A stretch of 62,795 bases of DNA, filler included, from Choristocarpus tenellus KU-1152 (GCA_964200185.2; 15 parts of 15 records of this genome joined end to end with filler, not necessarily neighbours in it), one strand, 5' to 3'. Positions 10,910-24,848 are shown, numbered from the whole stretch's first letter. Notes: generated from the sequence alone by a model not told the origin. Numbers and translations are program-made.

Positions 10910-13900
10910 ACTGGGATTGGCTTATTCGGGATCCCTCGCATGCCCCCCCCTCCCCCACCAGCAGCCCCCGTCATAGCCCCACCACCAGCTTTCCCCCTGC
11001 CCTTGCCATCATCACCATCACCATCACCACCAGCATCAGAAACACTTTTTTTCTCTGCATCCCTCCCCTTTGAAACTGATGTAACCGACACCCCAGTCTT
11101 GCTGTTGCCACTGCTGCTTCCAGCCTTTGCTGCCAAAGATCCAGATTTGTTTCCAGAAGATGAGGGCATTGATTCCATGTTTGTTTGCCTACGAACACCT
11201 CCACGGGTATGGTCTACGGTACCTTGCCAGCCTCCCCCATTGCCACCCCCAGCACCATCCACATCTATGTTCCCAGTGCTTGCTCCTGTCTCCTCTGCCC
11301 AGCCTTTGAGGATGTCAGAGACACGGATGACATCACCAAGCGGACCTACTGCCTCCTGGAATGAGGTCAACCAGGGGGGGGATTGGATGCAAGGATAAAC
11401 ATCGGCTTATTAGTTGGCAACAGCAGCTTAGGCACTTTGCTTAAAAATTAGGCGTTGGGTTAGAATAGGAAAATCAAAGAATATTTCCCAAGGGTGCCAC
11501 CATACACATCAGGATAGAATTAGGATAGACAGTCACATACAGACAGGAGTTGGATGATTAGCACTGTACTAAGGGGGTTAGGGTTAGGGCACCGACTTAC
11601 TCCAGGCACCGATATGTTAATGGTTAGGGTTAGGGTAGGGACATCTACTCAGGTTACAATTGCGTTAGGGAGTAAGAATCGGGACACATTGGAGACAACT
11701 GAGCTTTACAAAACCCCATCTAGTCTGACACATTGTCTTTGACAAAATAAATGCACTACATTGCAAGCGTACACTTTCTCTCCTACTTCAAATACAAAAA
11801 AATATGTATGTAAAAACATCAATTGGAGCGCACATATGGCAAAAAAAATAAATTAGACCACACTCACCTGCTGTCCTCCAACGCCATCCAAGTCCCCTCC
11901 CCCAACTACTACTCCATCTGGACCCCAACGCCCCCCAAGGTCATCGTCCTCTTCCTCCTCAGGGTCTTCCAATGCAGCCCCACCAGGAGAAGCCCCCATC
12001 CCCTGTGTTGCAATACTGGACACCTTACCATAAGAGGACGGGATCTTAAAAGAAGGTGAGGAGCGTTGTGGACGTGTTGCTGTCCCTACAGCCTCCCCTC
12101 CCCCAGTACCTCGGGCGCTCCCACTGCCCTCGCTAGTACCTCCACTGAAGAGGCTGCTGCTTCCATCCTGTGTGCAATTCATTCTATGTTATTTTATAAA
12201 GAATATTTTTACTACTACTACTACTATTATCGTTATAGATTTGGGACATGAAGGTTTGGTGTACATGCCACAAGCGGTGGGTGGGTGGATAATTAAAAAA
12301 AAAACTTATTTGCATACAATTATACATTAATACATGGCAAGGGAAAAAAAGATAAATCCAATTCAGTTACTACACAAATGCAAAAAGATCCCCTTTACAC
12401 TAACCTACTTAACCTACCTAACAAAAAAACAAAAATGAAAGGATAGAGAGGAGATGACTGTTGCTATTGTCATCAACCTTGAGTGGGGCCACTATTATTA
12501 CCAACCTGACTGTGGGTGTATATTTCCATGAATAACTAGCCTACAACAAATACTATAAATACAAATTGGTAAGAAAGTAAGTACCAACATGGTAAAGAGA
12601 CAGATTTAGTTCATGCATCCTCACAAAAGAAAAAAAACAACATATGGTAACCTTTCTATACTGCGTCTCCAGCGTATGTCTAACAGGTTTACTCTGTTCT
12701 TTCTTGCATTCCTGCCCATTCTCCCTTCCTCAAATGCACCCAAAAGCCATCAACTAATGACATACATCAAGTCCAAAACCTCATCTGATATGAAATGTGA
12801 TACATTATGGAAACAAGCAATCAAAATAGGCCACCTGCACCAGTGGGGACCATTGTATGACAGAGACCACACTATGGGTTACTATATGAATAGTAAAGGC
12901 ATAACCCTGCAGTGAATTGAAACAGAGAGAAGTGACCCTCCTACACCCACAGTCCTACCAAATATGGACTCTCTTATTGCCTGATATGATTCTATATGAT
13001 ATTATTTGATATGGTTTGATATGATATCATACTATATACACACACGAATAGCAAGATAGATAAATGGGTGAAACATATCAGTTGGTACAGGCCTGATACA
13101 TACATTTGATACCCATCATTCCACCACGAAGTTTACCTCGTCCCAGTCATCCATAGGCAGGTGCTTCAACATCTCTTCCGAGTCTACCACTGTCAACGGG
13201 CTCACACCCATCAAGTACAAGCACAAGTCCGTTAGTGCCGCAACCATCTGATGCAGTCGGGACCTTTGAGGGTGGTCCTCAAGACTAATAGTGGAGTTAC
13301 CTTCACCACCTTCCCCTTCCCCAGCTGCCACACCCAACATGGACTCTGCCACTGCAGCCTCAAAATCTGCTGCCACAGATGCTGCTCCATCTAGACCCCA
13401 TCGGCTACTGCTATTTGTTGGGCTTGGGGGAGAAGACAGTGGCCCCCGTCGTGGATGACGAATGGCCCCAGAGCCACTGCTACCACCTCCTACATCACCA
13501 TTCCCACTAGCCCCCCCCCCTGGGTGAGCAGGTATGCAAGCACCTGTTTCATGGCCTCCCAAGGTGAACGACGAGAGGGTAGGAAGAGGGGGTAGGGGAC
13601 TGGCACTCTTTGTTACTCGCCTATGGGAGGGATCTTCACTCCGTCCCCTCACTGTATGCTTTACTGTATGTTTTACTGAATGTTTTACTGTATGTACTAC
13701 TGTATCACCCTTTCCTGTTGATATTATGTCTCCCACCCCAATAGGTCCAGAGCGATGCAAGCGGCTACGAGGGTTCACAGAATGTCCTCTTTCCCCCCCT
13801 CCCCTGTTTGTCGAGATTTTTCTTGGCCTCACAGGAGAATCTGCTGTCCGACGTTGGCGGCGTTCCACAATGCCAGGTACAGGACCAGCTACAGAGCTAG

Positions 13901-14237
13901 CTACAGATGCAGTTTCATCTGCATCTCCGCCACCATCTGAGGCTGTGCTGGATGGCAAGGCCACAGTTCGGGGTGTACCAGACAAACTTCCTCCAGCAGC
14001 AGCGGCAGCAGCTGAGCTCTTCACCTCCACCACCTTCACTGCCTCATACTCCCGTGGCAGCTCCTGACCCAAGTCTTCCACCCTCACAGCCTTATCCTTA
14101 TCTGATAGTATAGGGTCATTTTCCACAGCATGATGGTCTCTCCTCTCCCTAACCCTACCTCCCCTTGTCGCAACGCTTGGCGAGGCATCTGAGAGCGACG
14201 CAAAGCGCATTGTCCGTGACGTCTACAAGGAAGGCAC
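10910..14237 (-). CDS. Internal exons of a large Gly/Ser-rich low-complexity protein of unknown function
   Basis: Phase-0 GT-AG exons at 13137-14237 (open to the contig end), 12835-12906, 11868-12167 and ~10910-11355. No recognisable domain. Confidence 0.6.
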
Positions 14238-14337
14238 NNNNNNNNNNNNNNNNNNNNNNNNNNNNNNNNNNNNNNNNNNNNTTAATTAATTAANNNNNNN
14301 NNNNNNNNNNNNNNNNNNNNNNNNNNNNNNNNNNNNN

Positions 14338-15756
14338 CTGCTTAGACTGCCCCCCTTCACAACTATAAACACAAATTATAGGACACCAAGATCATGCCTC
14401 ACAGTCACAAACAAAAACAAGGTCCTGCCATATAAAGGCTTGGTCTTCCCACGAACAAAGAACATACAAGAAAGATACTCAGAATAATAGGGAGTGTCAT
14501 AGTAAGACTCTCTCCTCACAAATATCAACACAAATGAATATGGATGCAAAATTACAATAGTACTGAAATATGGTGTTGTCATAGACTCTTCCTCCTTCAG
14601 ATCTATAAACACAAACAATAGAAGACAGGAATCATGTCTCAAATACAAAAAAAAACTACATAAGATACTAGATGTCATAACAAGGTTACTCACACTGGTT
14701 GGAATGCAAAAAGGCAGACATGCTATTCGTCTGTAACATGCCCCCCAGCGTGAACTAGGAATACATGTTTCACGCCTACCACAGGCGATTATCACAGGTC
14801 AGGACAATATATATCATCTATCACCTTGAATCATGCTGCGGCAGCATGTATTAATTGCCACATGGCGACATAGGGGCTCCAGTTCCGACTCTGCCAGTTT
14901 TTTTTTTCACCTAGGCACTCCAGTTCCGACTCCATTCCCACTCTGCCAGTTGTTTCCAACATAGGGACTCCAGTTCCAACTAAACCCGTGGATTCAAACG
15001 ATGGTCAACATATCTCCTCGTTTCTTTTGAGACTGTGGAAAGGGGTTGAGTTATTGATGCATGGACGCGATGCATAAACACGTTGAACCATCACGACCGT
15101 TACAGGAATTCTCGCAAAGTCTGGCCCTGGGCTGGGACCTCTCCAAATTACTGATCCCCAGCGGAACCTGTGAAGTAAAAGAACACTGTGACACGCGAAA
15201 AACAGATTGGGAATGTGAGTGTACGAATGGCGAGGACGAACTACCTAGGCAATGTCTATGCCATGGCGATCAGAAACCAATCGTTTACGACTATAGGTGG
15301 ATGATGTGGCGGTCAGAGACCACTCGTTATAAAACTATACAAGGATGATGGTTCCCTCGGAGCCACAGATGCCATCACACCCACGGAGACGATGAGGCCA
15401 TGAACAAGAAGACCCTGTAGACGACGAATGAAGACCATACCCCCAACCGGAAAAAAAAGAATCCGGGCGAACGTAGGGAGCTACAAGGAATCCTATGTGT
15501 TGAGGTGAACAATGAGTATTCCCTCCAGTTTGAAGAGAGGCGGTCATCGTATGAAAAGGAAACAGTCTACAATGTGATCACAATCGGGGACCAGATCCTT
15601 TTTATACGATGATATCGATGATCATCCAAGTGAGAGATCAAGCATACTTGACGACTTGTGCATCAGGAGTCCTATACGTACATCAGTATCATCTATAAGA
15701 CCGTAGATTAGAGCTATACATCCTGAGGAGGTGAGCTTTCGGGGGCACCTATAACA
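14338..15756 (+). mobile_element. Right part of a repeated non-coding element ending ..GGGGCACCTATAACA
   Basis: 14715-15030 aligns by eye with 26430-26700. The GGG(G/A)CTCCAGTTCC subrepeat recurs. The terminal 15711-15756 is the inverse of 26005-26050. Confidence 0.65.
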
Positions 15757-16569
15757 CAAAGGCAATCAAACAAGTAGACAACCAGGATTTTTTGGCAGTT
15801 TCATTTTTTTTATTAGCAAATAACTTGTTTTACTCAGTGCGTGCGATGGGGGGTGCATGCGGGTGCAGCTGCATTTGATCCACGGTGGCATTTTTGATAC
15901 TGTATTGCATAATACCCTTGTAGAGTACAATTGAATACGTCGGGCAGGACATCTGAGGGAGGTTGACTTTGAACACGTTGATTTGATTCGAACTGCGAGT
16001 AGTCTGTCCAGCCATCCAATGGCTTGCGGATGCTTTTCTTGGGAAGGTGTACTATACATATGAGTGAATACATCGTAATGAGCGCAATTTACCAAAGTTC
16101 CAGTACTGTATACATATGACACTGGTATTCTGTGCAGTGGTGGTGTACATGTGGTACTTGCTGCACCACCACAGCTTCATCGAAATGGGCTCACCAAGGG
16201 CAATGTTCAATACATATCTATATGTAACTACTCGTGAGGCACATGGGAAGTACATACAGCAAGGGCATCGCTTTGTCATCGTTCAAAAACAAGTATAAAG
16301 TGTGTAGTACCATTGTTAGTCGATGTAGCAAGAAAATACATGTTTCTCTTATTATCATTCCTCGGTTTAAGAGAAAAGTCCTCTAATATATAATAAGAAA
16401 GGATAGGAATATAAGAGAGGTTTTTGTCGCTTGTCCCTACCCTCTCTTATATAAATCCACCCTCTATACAAGCATAAAATACAGTAGTAGGTAAGACAGT
16501 TTTATGTATCTACTCAAGTTTGGTACAACACAGCTCTATTATTATGCCCTCTCACATTTTGTACATATG

Positions 16570-16670
16570 TCAGACAAAAAGCCAGCTCAATATCGTAATG
16601 ATCTATGTAAAAGTAACAGTTGTCGTGAATGTGAAAGATATCTCTCCAAAATCTATTTACTATTTGACTA
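16570..16670 (+). repeat. Dispersed repeat, inverted relative to ~58480-58590
   Basis: GTAAAAGTAACAGTTGTCGTGAATGTGAAAGATATCTCTCCAAAA here versus GTAAAAAATACAGTTGTCGTTAATGTATGGGATGCTTCTCCAAAA on the minus strand at ~58500-58545. Confidence 0.6.
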
Positions 16671-16888
16671 TCAGCTATACTTCACCTCTCCCTTGTTATG
16701 CCTCCAATCTAGCTTAGCCCTTCACCACACGGCATGGAGCTGGGGAAGCATCCCAGGAATCTGACAGGCCCAATATATAGTAGTACTGGATATAGTGGTA
16801 ACGCGAGTCAGATACGACCGGTTGTGAAAGCTGGCGCCAACACAGAGGCTCAACCCCTAAAATATTTTATCTAACTATAAGTTTAGTA

Positions 16889-17080
16889 CTATCTCCGTGC
16901 ATTAAGCCTGTTCCACGTTGTCCAAAACTTTTGAAGGTGTTGATGTGAAATTCATTTCTGAAAGAAGATTTGGAATCCTTGACGAAGTTCTGGTTAGGGT
17001 TAGCTATTTTTATTGTTATTACTCCCCATCCATCACAATTTAATCAGCTACAGAAAAAGTCTTCATGCCTCTCTTCGGAG
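16889..17080 (-). mobile_element. 3'-terminal fragment of the mariner-like element seen at 55002
   Basis: TA|CTATCTCCGT terminus. The sequence parallels 55002-55190, including TTTCTGAAAGAAGA.TTGGAATCCTTGACGAA and TTACTCCCCATCCAT. Confidence 0.8.
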
Positions 17081-17383
17081 TGGTTAGTAGGAAAAGTGGA
17101 AAGTACCAAAAAAACAGTGCTGAGGGGTTCTATACGGAGAGCCTGAACGATTCAGCTAGAAACTGATAATGACGTTCATTCCTTGAGATGTAAAGCCAGT
17201 GCCTCGAGTACATCTCAAGTTTCTGGGCTGCTCTGATAACAGTATTTTTGTTATATGCAAACATGGATGGAGACATTTGAGCTGGATGAAGGTAAGGAGT
17301 ATTGATTATGCTCATAATTGGAAAGGAATGAGATATTTACACCATTGTTGGACAAGGCACTGGTTCTGCTCTCTTCTATCTCT

Positions 17384-17471
17384 GGGTCAAAGTATCTGGG
17401 GGGGGGGGTGGCGGCTGTCCATTTGGGACCAATTTTTTCATGTCTCGATTTTTGGGTGATTTGGTTCCATA
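17384..17471. mobile_element. MITE family A, truncated by contig end
   Basis: GGGTCAAAGTATCTGGG..GGCGGCTGTCCATTTGGG..CATGTCTCGATTTTTGGGTGATTTGG. Confidence 0.85.
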
Positions 17472-17686
17472 NNNNNNNNNNNNNNNNNNNNNNNNNNNNN
17501 NNNNNNNNNNNNNNNTTAATTAATTAANNNNNNNNNNNNNNNNNNNNNNNNNNNNNNNNNNNNNNNNNNNNCCCTCTATGATACTATTGGCCATTCTGAT
17601 CAGTGTCATGACCATTACACCCCATAGGTACACCCCAATAATCTTGTGGTCGTAATTATTCATGCTGCACAAAAAAAAAAATGCAG

Positions 17687-18149
17687 ATGTGAAGGCCCGG
17701 GATGTCAGCGCCAGCCTACATACGGGTTCGAGGGTGACCGTCGCCCCCGATTCTGCTCAACACACAAGCACCCTGGCATGTATGACGTGATTGCACGTCG
17801 CTGTGAGGTTAAATGTTGCATGGTGAGAGCTGCATTTAACTTTCGAGGCAATAAAACGTTGCGATTCTGTGCCACACACAAACTAGAGGGCATGGAGAAC
17901 CTCAAGAGCAAACGCTGTGAGGTAGATGGCTGCAAAAAGTACCGCGTGTACGGCTTTGATGGGGACACTGCGCTGTGTTGCGCATCCCACAAGCGCCCCG
18001 GGATGGTGGATGTGAGGAGCAGCCGTTGTGAGTCGACAGGTTGCTTCCGCCACCCCAGTTTTGGATGGGACTGGCAGAAGAAGAGACGTTTCTGTGGTAA
18101 GCACAAGCTCACTGGCATGATCGACGTTCGCAGCCGCAATCAGCCTCAG
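17687..18149 (+). CDS. Exon encoding four EsV-1-7 cysteine-rich repeats
   Basis: Four tandem ~37-aa units of the form RCExxxCxxxxxF/Y....(F/C)CxxHKxxGMx(D/N)(V/L), bounded by TGCAG| and CAG|GTGTGT splice sites. Confidence 0.9.
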
Positions 18150-20900
18150 GTGTGTAGGAGCTTATTGTGTGACTGCATGAGGACTTTGTTGTGAATTTCA
18201 TGTTAGCCTAATACTCTGCATATCCCTTTGGATGTGGTGCTAAATCATTGATGTGTGTGTCCTTAGCCTTCATGTATTAAACCGCATCCCACAACATTAT
18301 TCACTATATTTATAGCAAATATTCGTAGTTCCACGTCTGAAGTGCGTAAGATATCCTGAGTACAAGAATATACCATAGCCACATCATCATCTGCTTGGTA
18401 TGTGATTCAGTGCTTATCTTCTAGAATTCCATTAATATTTTTTTGTAGTTGTAGAATGGCAAGAGTGTTACAAGCTGGTGAAAAAAAATTGCTTGGATGG
18501 CAAACAGGTTGCAAAATATAACATTGCCAGCGTCGGTATTGGGTAGTAGACCGCTGATTTGCTTGAAATTTGTCAGGGGTAGCTTAGCCGTCCACCAACT
18601 CTCCGCGCGGCGCGCAAAACTCACCGCGAGCAAAATAGACTCTCCAACTGGTGAGAGGTCCGCCAGAGACGAAAATTTTGGGGACACCTCAATTTTGTTA
18701 TCATTTCCTGCAGGAAGAGGAGCACGATGGGGTATGATATAATGCCAGTTTTTGGTGCCTTTTATCAATTTGAACTTCAGGTAATTGCATGTTGTCCTTG
18801 CTAGTGCTGTGGTGACACTATGCCCGTACAACACATACCCACATCCCTAATAGAAAGACAACCCACCGTTCAATTGTGGGTGATGGGAATCACCAACCAT
18901 GGAGCAGCGCCCCATTGCCCTTATCCCATAGCCTATTGGCTCACCAATCACTACTTATCCTTTAATATATTTTGGACAACTCTGGTTGAATGCTGCTGGG
19001 CCCTGGGTATTGGTACTAGCCACTGACTACGTGGCACCTCCAAGCATCACCCATGGCACCTAAGTGCTGCCGATTTCCAATAAAAACAGAGAAAAAATCG
19101 ACTGTACACATTATTCTGTCGGCAACGTTACTGCTAAAACCTCCTTTTCAATCAATGCAAATCTCTGATTTGACCCCTGATGATTTTTCATATATATTTG
19201 GTACCTGGTAGCAAAGCTGCTGGCAGAGTGCAGGCCTGTAGTGACACTTTTGTGAAGAAAGTGCCATTATGAAAAAAGCAGTACAACTCAGAACATGTTT
19301 GTATTTTCTATGTTCTCCTACTGAAACTTCTGATATCAGAACTGCAGGAGGAAGCAGCACCTGGTGGATGGCGACTAGTTCTACTAGTTGTTATGATCTT
19401 GACTTTGGAAGAAATACAAGTTAGCAATAGCAAGTTGACTACGCTGACACTCTCAGTCACAAATAACTTTAGCACTTAGCATCCTTCTAACTTCAAACGT
19501 ATTACATTTTTTTTTGTGTAAAATACTGGAACAGGTTTCAACATTTTGTGTTAGGGTATTTGCAGTAAACTTCTGCTGTGGAAAGTGTTACTACAAGCAT
19601 GAAAGCAGTTTGTTAAGACCGAAAGCTCCCCCCCATATTCGGAAAGAAATATTAATTTCCAGTGATTCCGTTGCACTTTTCGAAACTAGTAGATGATATT
19701 TCGTTTTTTGTTCAATGTTAGTAGTAGAGGGGACGTTTAACCTTGTATCTTAACCTCAACACCTTCGTTGGAGAGAGCTTTGAGCATCTTGGTACATGGG
19801 ATGAGCGAGCAACTCACACGGTGAGTGGTAGGAGGGCAGAAGGATTGACAATGCAGTGAGTGATGAAGGTACTCCTGCTACAGATTGTGTCTGCAAAGGT
19901 GCTTTATGCACTTTGACCTTGAGACAGGGATGGTGGCTCAGGTGAGACCTGCGACTGACTTCTGGGACTCTCCCCTCCTTTGTTTATAGATGGCATTCAC
20001 AGTACGAGTTAAGCAGTTCAGCTGTGTGTTGATGTGCTATTATTTTGTCAGGTACAATATAACATCCGTGTTGTATAAGAAGGAGACTATTTCTAGTCTT
20101 CAAATATTATTCAACAACTGCTCTTGCAGAAGGAGAGCTTTGTTACAGGCAGCACAGACTCTGCTATTGTGTTTGTGTTATCTTGTAGTTGTAGTATGTT
20201 ACTTATTTCTCCCCTGTTGCAACATCTGATGAATGTCTATCTGCAAAATATCAGTGGGAATGTAATATTATATACTACGTAGTAGTGTTTTCGAAAGTCA
20301 GCTCTTTATGAAGCAAAAGGTGAATATGGGCACAATAGCAGCATTACACACTCATAATACCTGCCATATTGTGTGCTGTATTTCGATGAACATTCATGTA
20401 TTGGTGGATGTATCTAGACCCTAAAGCTATGAATGGCACGTGTTACGCTGCTTTGCTAAAATGTTCAGCATGGCTAGCTACCCTTACACCCAACGTTTTT
20501 CCGACCTGAGTCGGTATATCTACCCTATACTTCATACAGCTACTACTGTATCTTCGTATCTATGGCATCCTATCTTTTTTTCTGGACCAAATACTGCCTT
20601 TAAAACCAGGAAATATATGGGTGGATATTTCCACCTCTACAAAATTATCATCACGCGTACTCACTTGATAAAAACATATTGTTAAGAACAAAGGATGAAT
20701 GAATGTGAGGGAGGTGGGAATTGGAGGGCTTGTAATAAATCTGGCAGATGGACGGATCCAATGGGCTAAGTCCGTCAGCTACAGCTTTATTGGGATACCA
20801 AAATGAGGAGGCGGATCCAATTCAAGCTGCCGAACAAAGGACTGACTTTAGGAGAATATGTTTGTCATATAGGTCCCTCCTGGAGTGGCCATCATGTTCG

Positions 20901-21064
20901 GGCTCAAAGTATCTGGGAGGGGGTGGCGGCTGTCCATTTGAGGCCCATTTTTCCATGTCGCGATTTTTGGGTGATTTGCTTACATGCTTAGGATGGATAA
21001 TGGAAGTACACCTCTCCTGGTCAGGTCCCGAATGGACACCCTGGTGTAGACCCCCCCCACCCAC
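20901..21064. mobile_element. MITE family A, nearly complete, ending at contig end
   Basis: GGCTCAAAGTATCTGGG..GTCCATTTG..AATGGACACCCTGGTGTAGACCCC, collinear with 55907-56059. Confidence 0.87.
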
Positions 21065-21832
21065 NNNNNNNNNNNNNNNNNNNNNNNNNNNNNNNNNNNN
21101 NNNNNNNNTTAATTAATTAANNNNNNNNNNNNNNNNNNNNNNNNNNNNNNNNNNNNNNNNNNNNATGATCACTTTTTTCCACACATACGCAAGTACATCC
21201 TCTCAAGTGTGGTTTCATCATACATACTCCTTGTACTGTTTCTTCATGAAATGGCAGGGAGAAGGAAAAATGAAACAAAGCCAAGAGGTCAAAAATTTGA
21301 AAAAAAAAAAAAAAAAAACAAAAAAAACCCATGATATTTTTATCAAAAGAGAACAAAAAAAGAAAGAAGTGGAAATGGCCGTTGTGACCGAGGAAGTGCG
21401 AGTATTGGCAAAAATGGAGGGGAAAACATTAGCACAACTTGGTTGTCTTTTTCTGCTCAAGGTGTCCCGGGTGGCCATGTTGTAGTTCACTGGGGCATGG
21501 GGGAGTGGGTTGCATAGGGAGTTGTTGATATTTGACTGGCGTGAGGAACGTTGGCGGTCGGTTCATGGGGAGGCGTTGGCAAATTTCGCGTTGCGCGCGA
21601 GAGAGAGTCAGTGAAGCCAGTCCCCTCCATATATTTTTTCTCTTTTTTTTTATCTGCAAATGTTTCAAGAAGCATTTTGATCTCGGCCTCCCTGTTTTGC
21701 TCACACCCTTGGGGTCGTCCCTGCACGAGCAAGGAATCAATTAGTCGTCATTGTTTCCTTTGATAACACTGCTGCTTGGCGGTCCTTGTATGTAGGCAGT
21801 AGTGTTGTGGACAGTTGAAGGTTTTTGAGCGG

Positions 21833-22048
21833 GACTCTTGGAGTAGGAACTGCTGAGTAATGATTGGTTGGTTGGTTGGTTGGTTGGTTGATTGCACAGA
21901 GGTCACTAGCAAACTTTCAGGCAGAACGGATCATAGAGGAGACTCTTGCAGAAGGAACTGCTGAGGAAAGATTGATTGATTGGTTGGTTGGTTGCACAGG
22001 TATCTGTTAAGGTCACCAGCAAAACTTCAGGCAGAACAGATCGTAGAC
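21833..22048. repeat. Imperfect ~110-bp tandem duplication containing a (TTGG)n microsatellite
   Basis: GACTCTTG..AGGAACTGCTGAG..(TTGG)n..TTGCACAG..GGTCAC..TTCAGGCAGAAC.GATC occurs twice. Confidence 0.75.
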
Positions 22049-22625
22049 CTAAATATTTTGAAACGATGCGTGTGTGTGTGTGTGTGTGTGTGTGTACTTA
22101 GCCCTAACCCTATTGAATCAAACTTGTTTACTTACATAACCCTATGTGTATTGCGTTGTTGTGTGTGTGTGTCTTCCACGTTGTGAAAGTTTGGATTTGC
22201 TTTAATATATTAATCGAAATTCCTTTTTCTTGACTTGAAATATATATATATATATATTTTTAAGAATTAAAATCAACTAAATTAAAGATAGGAACAAATT
22301 ATGCTTCCTTTGTTTCTTCTGCACAAGCCCACCTGCACCTCCAAATCGAGAAAAACACGTGTGTGTGTTGTCTGTGTTTGTGTGTGATTGTGTGTAATAT
22401 TTATAGTTTTTTCATATTTGGTTGTGCCAGTGATCTATCTATCAGTGCCACGCCTCCCTGTTTTTGTTCGGTGCCCGGTGTTTTCTTGAGGGGTCATTGG
22501 TGTCATATTTTTCCCTTGTTTCGAAAGGCCCTCTTCTCTTACCCTTCCTATCTCTTCCTATCTCTTCCTATCTCCCCGCTCCCTGTGTACAATAACGAAT
22601 ACGCCTGCTGCACGCACTGCACCAG

Positions 22626-22800
22626 CTATGGGGCTTTTGTTGATGTTGGCACAGGGCGGGATGGGCTTCTTCACGTGAAGGACATGAGTGAGGGGTACAC
22701 TGCGAAGCCTGAGGATAGGGTCTCTTCGGGGTCCACTGTCAGGGTCAGAGTGAAGTTTGTGGACGCTGTAAAGGGGAAATTGGCTCTCTCGCTTGTAGAG
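22626..22800 (+). CDS. Exon encoding an S1 RNA-binding domain (ribosomal S1 / plastid PSRP7-EF-Ts / Tex-like; parent gene undetermined)
   Basis: YGAFVDVGTGRDGLLHVKDMSEGYTAKPEDRVSSGSTVRVRVKFVDAVKGKLALSL fits the S1 consensus. Splice sites are CCAG| and GAG|GTGCGT. Confidence 0.88.
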
Positions 22801-23894
22801 GTGCGTACACACTGCCCCCCCCCGTACAGCGGATTGCTTCGGCCGCGAGAAGACTCTGAGATTGTTATTATTGGTGAAACGGCATGTGCCAAGCAGGAGG
22901 AGTTCTGAAAACCGGGAAGGCGAAAAGCGAAAATTGAAAAGTGGGTGGGTGGGTGCAGCTGTTGGTGGGAGCTTCTTCTGAGATGTTTGGTGCATTATTC
23001 TTGTTGCTGTCTGTTGGAAGATTTAAATGTAAATGTAAATGTCATAAAAAAAAATTGAAAAAAAAAGAAAAAGAGTTTGTATACATATCAGATAACTCAA
23101 GACACCGCCGGCGGATATTCGTGTTCAAAGCTCAGCCGTGGAGTTTGTTTTGTTTTGTTTTGTTTTTGCTAAATTACGTGGAAGGCGTGAAAACCGTTGC
23201 TTTTCTCCAAGTCTGAGACCGCGATTTGGGTAGTGTTGTGAATCGAGGGCTAAAAACCAAACATTGAATCACTTCTGAGTCGGGGGGTTGAATTGACCGG
23301 AAAAAAATAAATAAATAAATCATCTGTGTGCTCAATGAATCAACAAAAATTACGCACACAGCGACAGTCACATAAAAAAACTGATATACTATTGAAAGTG
23401 ACCTCTCTCTTTTTTTTTTCAGGTCCGATTATATTTATCATTTGATTGAATCGTTATGTTGTTGGTAAAATAATTTAATCCCTGTGATCCACCAAATTTG
23501 GATTTAGGGGGAGGGGGAGGGGGAGGAAGGGGGGATACCATGAAGGCGTTTCTGGAGAAGCACGCAATAAAAATGAACCTGCTCAGGCTGTTTTTAAGAG
23601 GTCCGCTTCCCTTGACACTAAGATGGAGTTAAGTCATCGGGGTGGGGTCGTTCCTGTGACAGCAAGCAGGATGTCGTTGGTAATTTTCTTCTTTCAAGCG
23701 TCCTGTTGGGGGTGGACCTCCTCCTCTCATGTTGCATCATTGCGTTGGTGTGTGACTGTTCTTTTTCTTTTTTAACCCAATATGGATGGAGTTTTCCAAG
23801 AAATCACATAGAGGCGTTTTTGTGTTGAGCTTGTGTGGTTTGTTGGTACTGGATTAGTTGTGCAAACTGTGTTGAGAGAGGTACCAGTGGAAGG

Positions 23895-24100
23895 AAAATT
23901 ATATGTCCTGCCTTCGAGTGGGAAGCTCAAAATATTATTGTGAAGTTTGAGGGAACATCTTGGAATTTTGGTAGTACATGACAGGCGTTTTTTTCTGAAA
24001 ATTATATGTCCCGCCTTCGAGTGGGAAGCTCAAAATATTATTGTGAAGTTTGAGGGAACATCTTGGAATTTTGGTAGTACATGACAGGCGTTTTTTTCTG
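23895..24100. repeat. Near-perfect 2 x 103-bp tandem duplication
   Basis: Units at 23895-23997 and 23998-24100 differ at one visible position (CCTG/CCCG). Confidence 0.92.
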
Positions 24101-24817
24101 GGACCGATATTCAATCCGTAGAGCCAACTGCGATCTCAAGATTTTTTATTTTATTTATTGTTTCCACGCGATCTCAAGATTTTTTATTTTTCAAAGCATT
24201 CTATTTGTTTTATCGAAATTTGGGGTCTTTGAGGTTTTGGCACCACTATTGTAAAAGACGCAACTAATATTGACGTCTTGATCTGTTTTATTTTTTGTGA
24301 AGTGACTTTTCATTGTGAACCTCTCCAATGTTTCCTAAGTATTCTATTCATTTTTCTTTTTTCTCCAGTGTTCAAACCGTTACTTTTGCGAATTTTGCTT
24401 CAAACATTTATTTATTTTTCGGTAGAGGTTGGTCGTGTGCCGGGGGTAGAGTTTTGTCCTCCCCATCGATGCACATAACCCTTTATTGTCGTTGAAAGTT
24501 GAATGGTTTACAGTACCTTTACAAGTGAGGGGGGGCGGGAGGGGGGACCGTACTCTGCCCCAGGCAGTACCCCCACCCCAAGAGTAAAAATGAAAGGAAA
24601 TGTTGATGTTGTTGTCCATGCCCTTATCCAACTCGGGACTGCTATCCAATACAGGTCTGTGTTTTTTATACAGAAGGAAGCAGGCTGACGGGCCTCTGAT
24701 TTGAAAATTGTCACTTGGTGGAGCAGTGTGACGCTATGCATTTACCTCTGAGTGGTACAAGTCACGCCACAGTTACAGCAATGAAGACACAACGATTTTT
24801 TTTTATTTTTTTTGTCC

Positions 24818-24848
<31 letters not shown>

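Noticed and set aside
4978-14067. Long + strand ORFs 5009-5536, 10940-11398 and 13534-14067
   Set aside because: They are antisense shadows of GC-rich low-complexity minus-strand exons.
17572-21064. Endogenous phaeovirus insertion
   Set aside because: Only one intron-bounded EsV-1-7 exon is present, with no NCLDV core genes and no gene-dense intronless tract.
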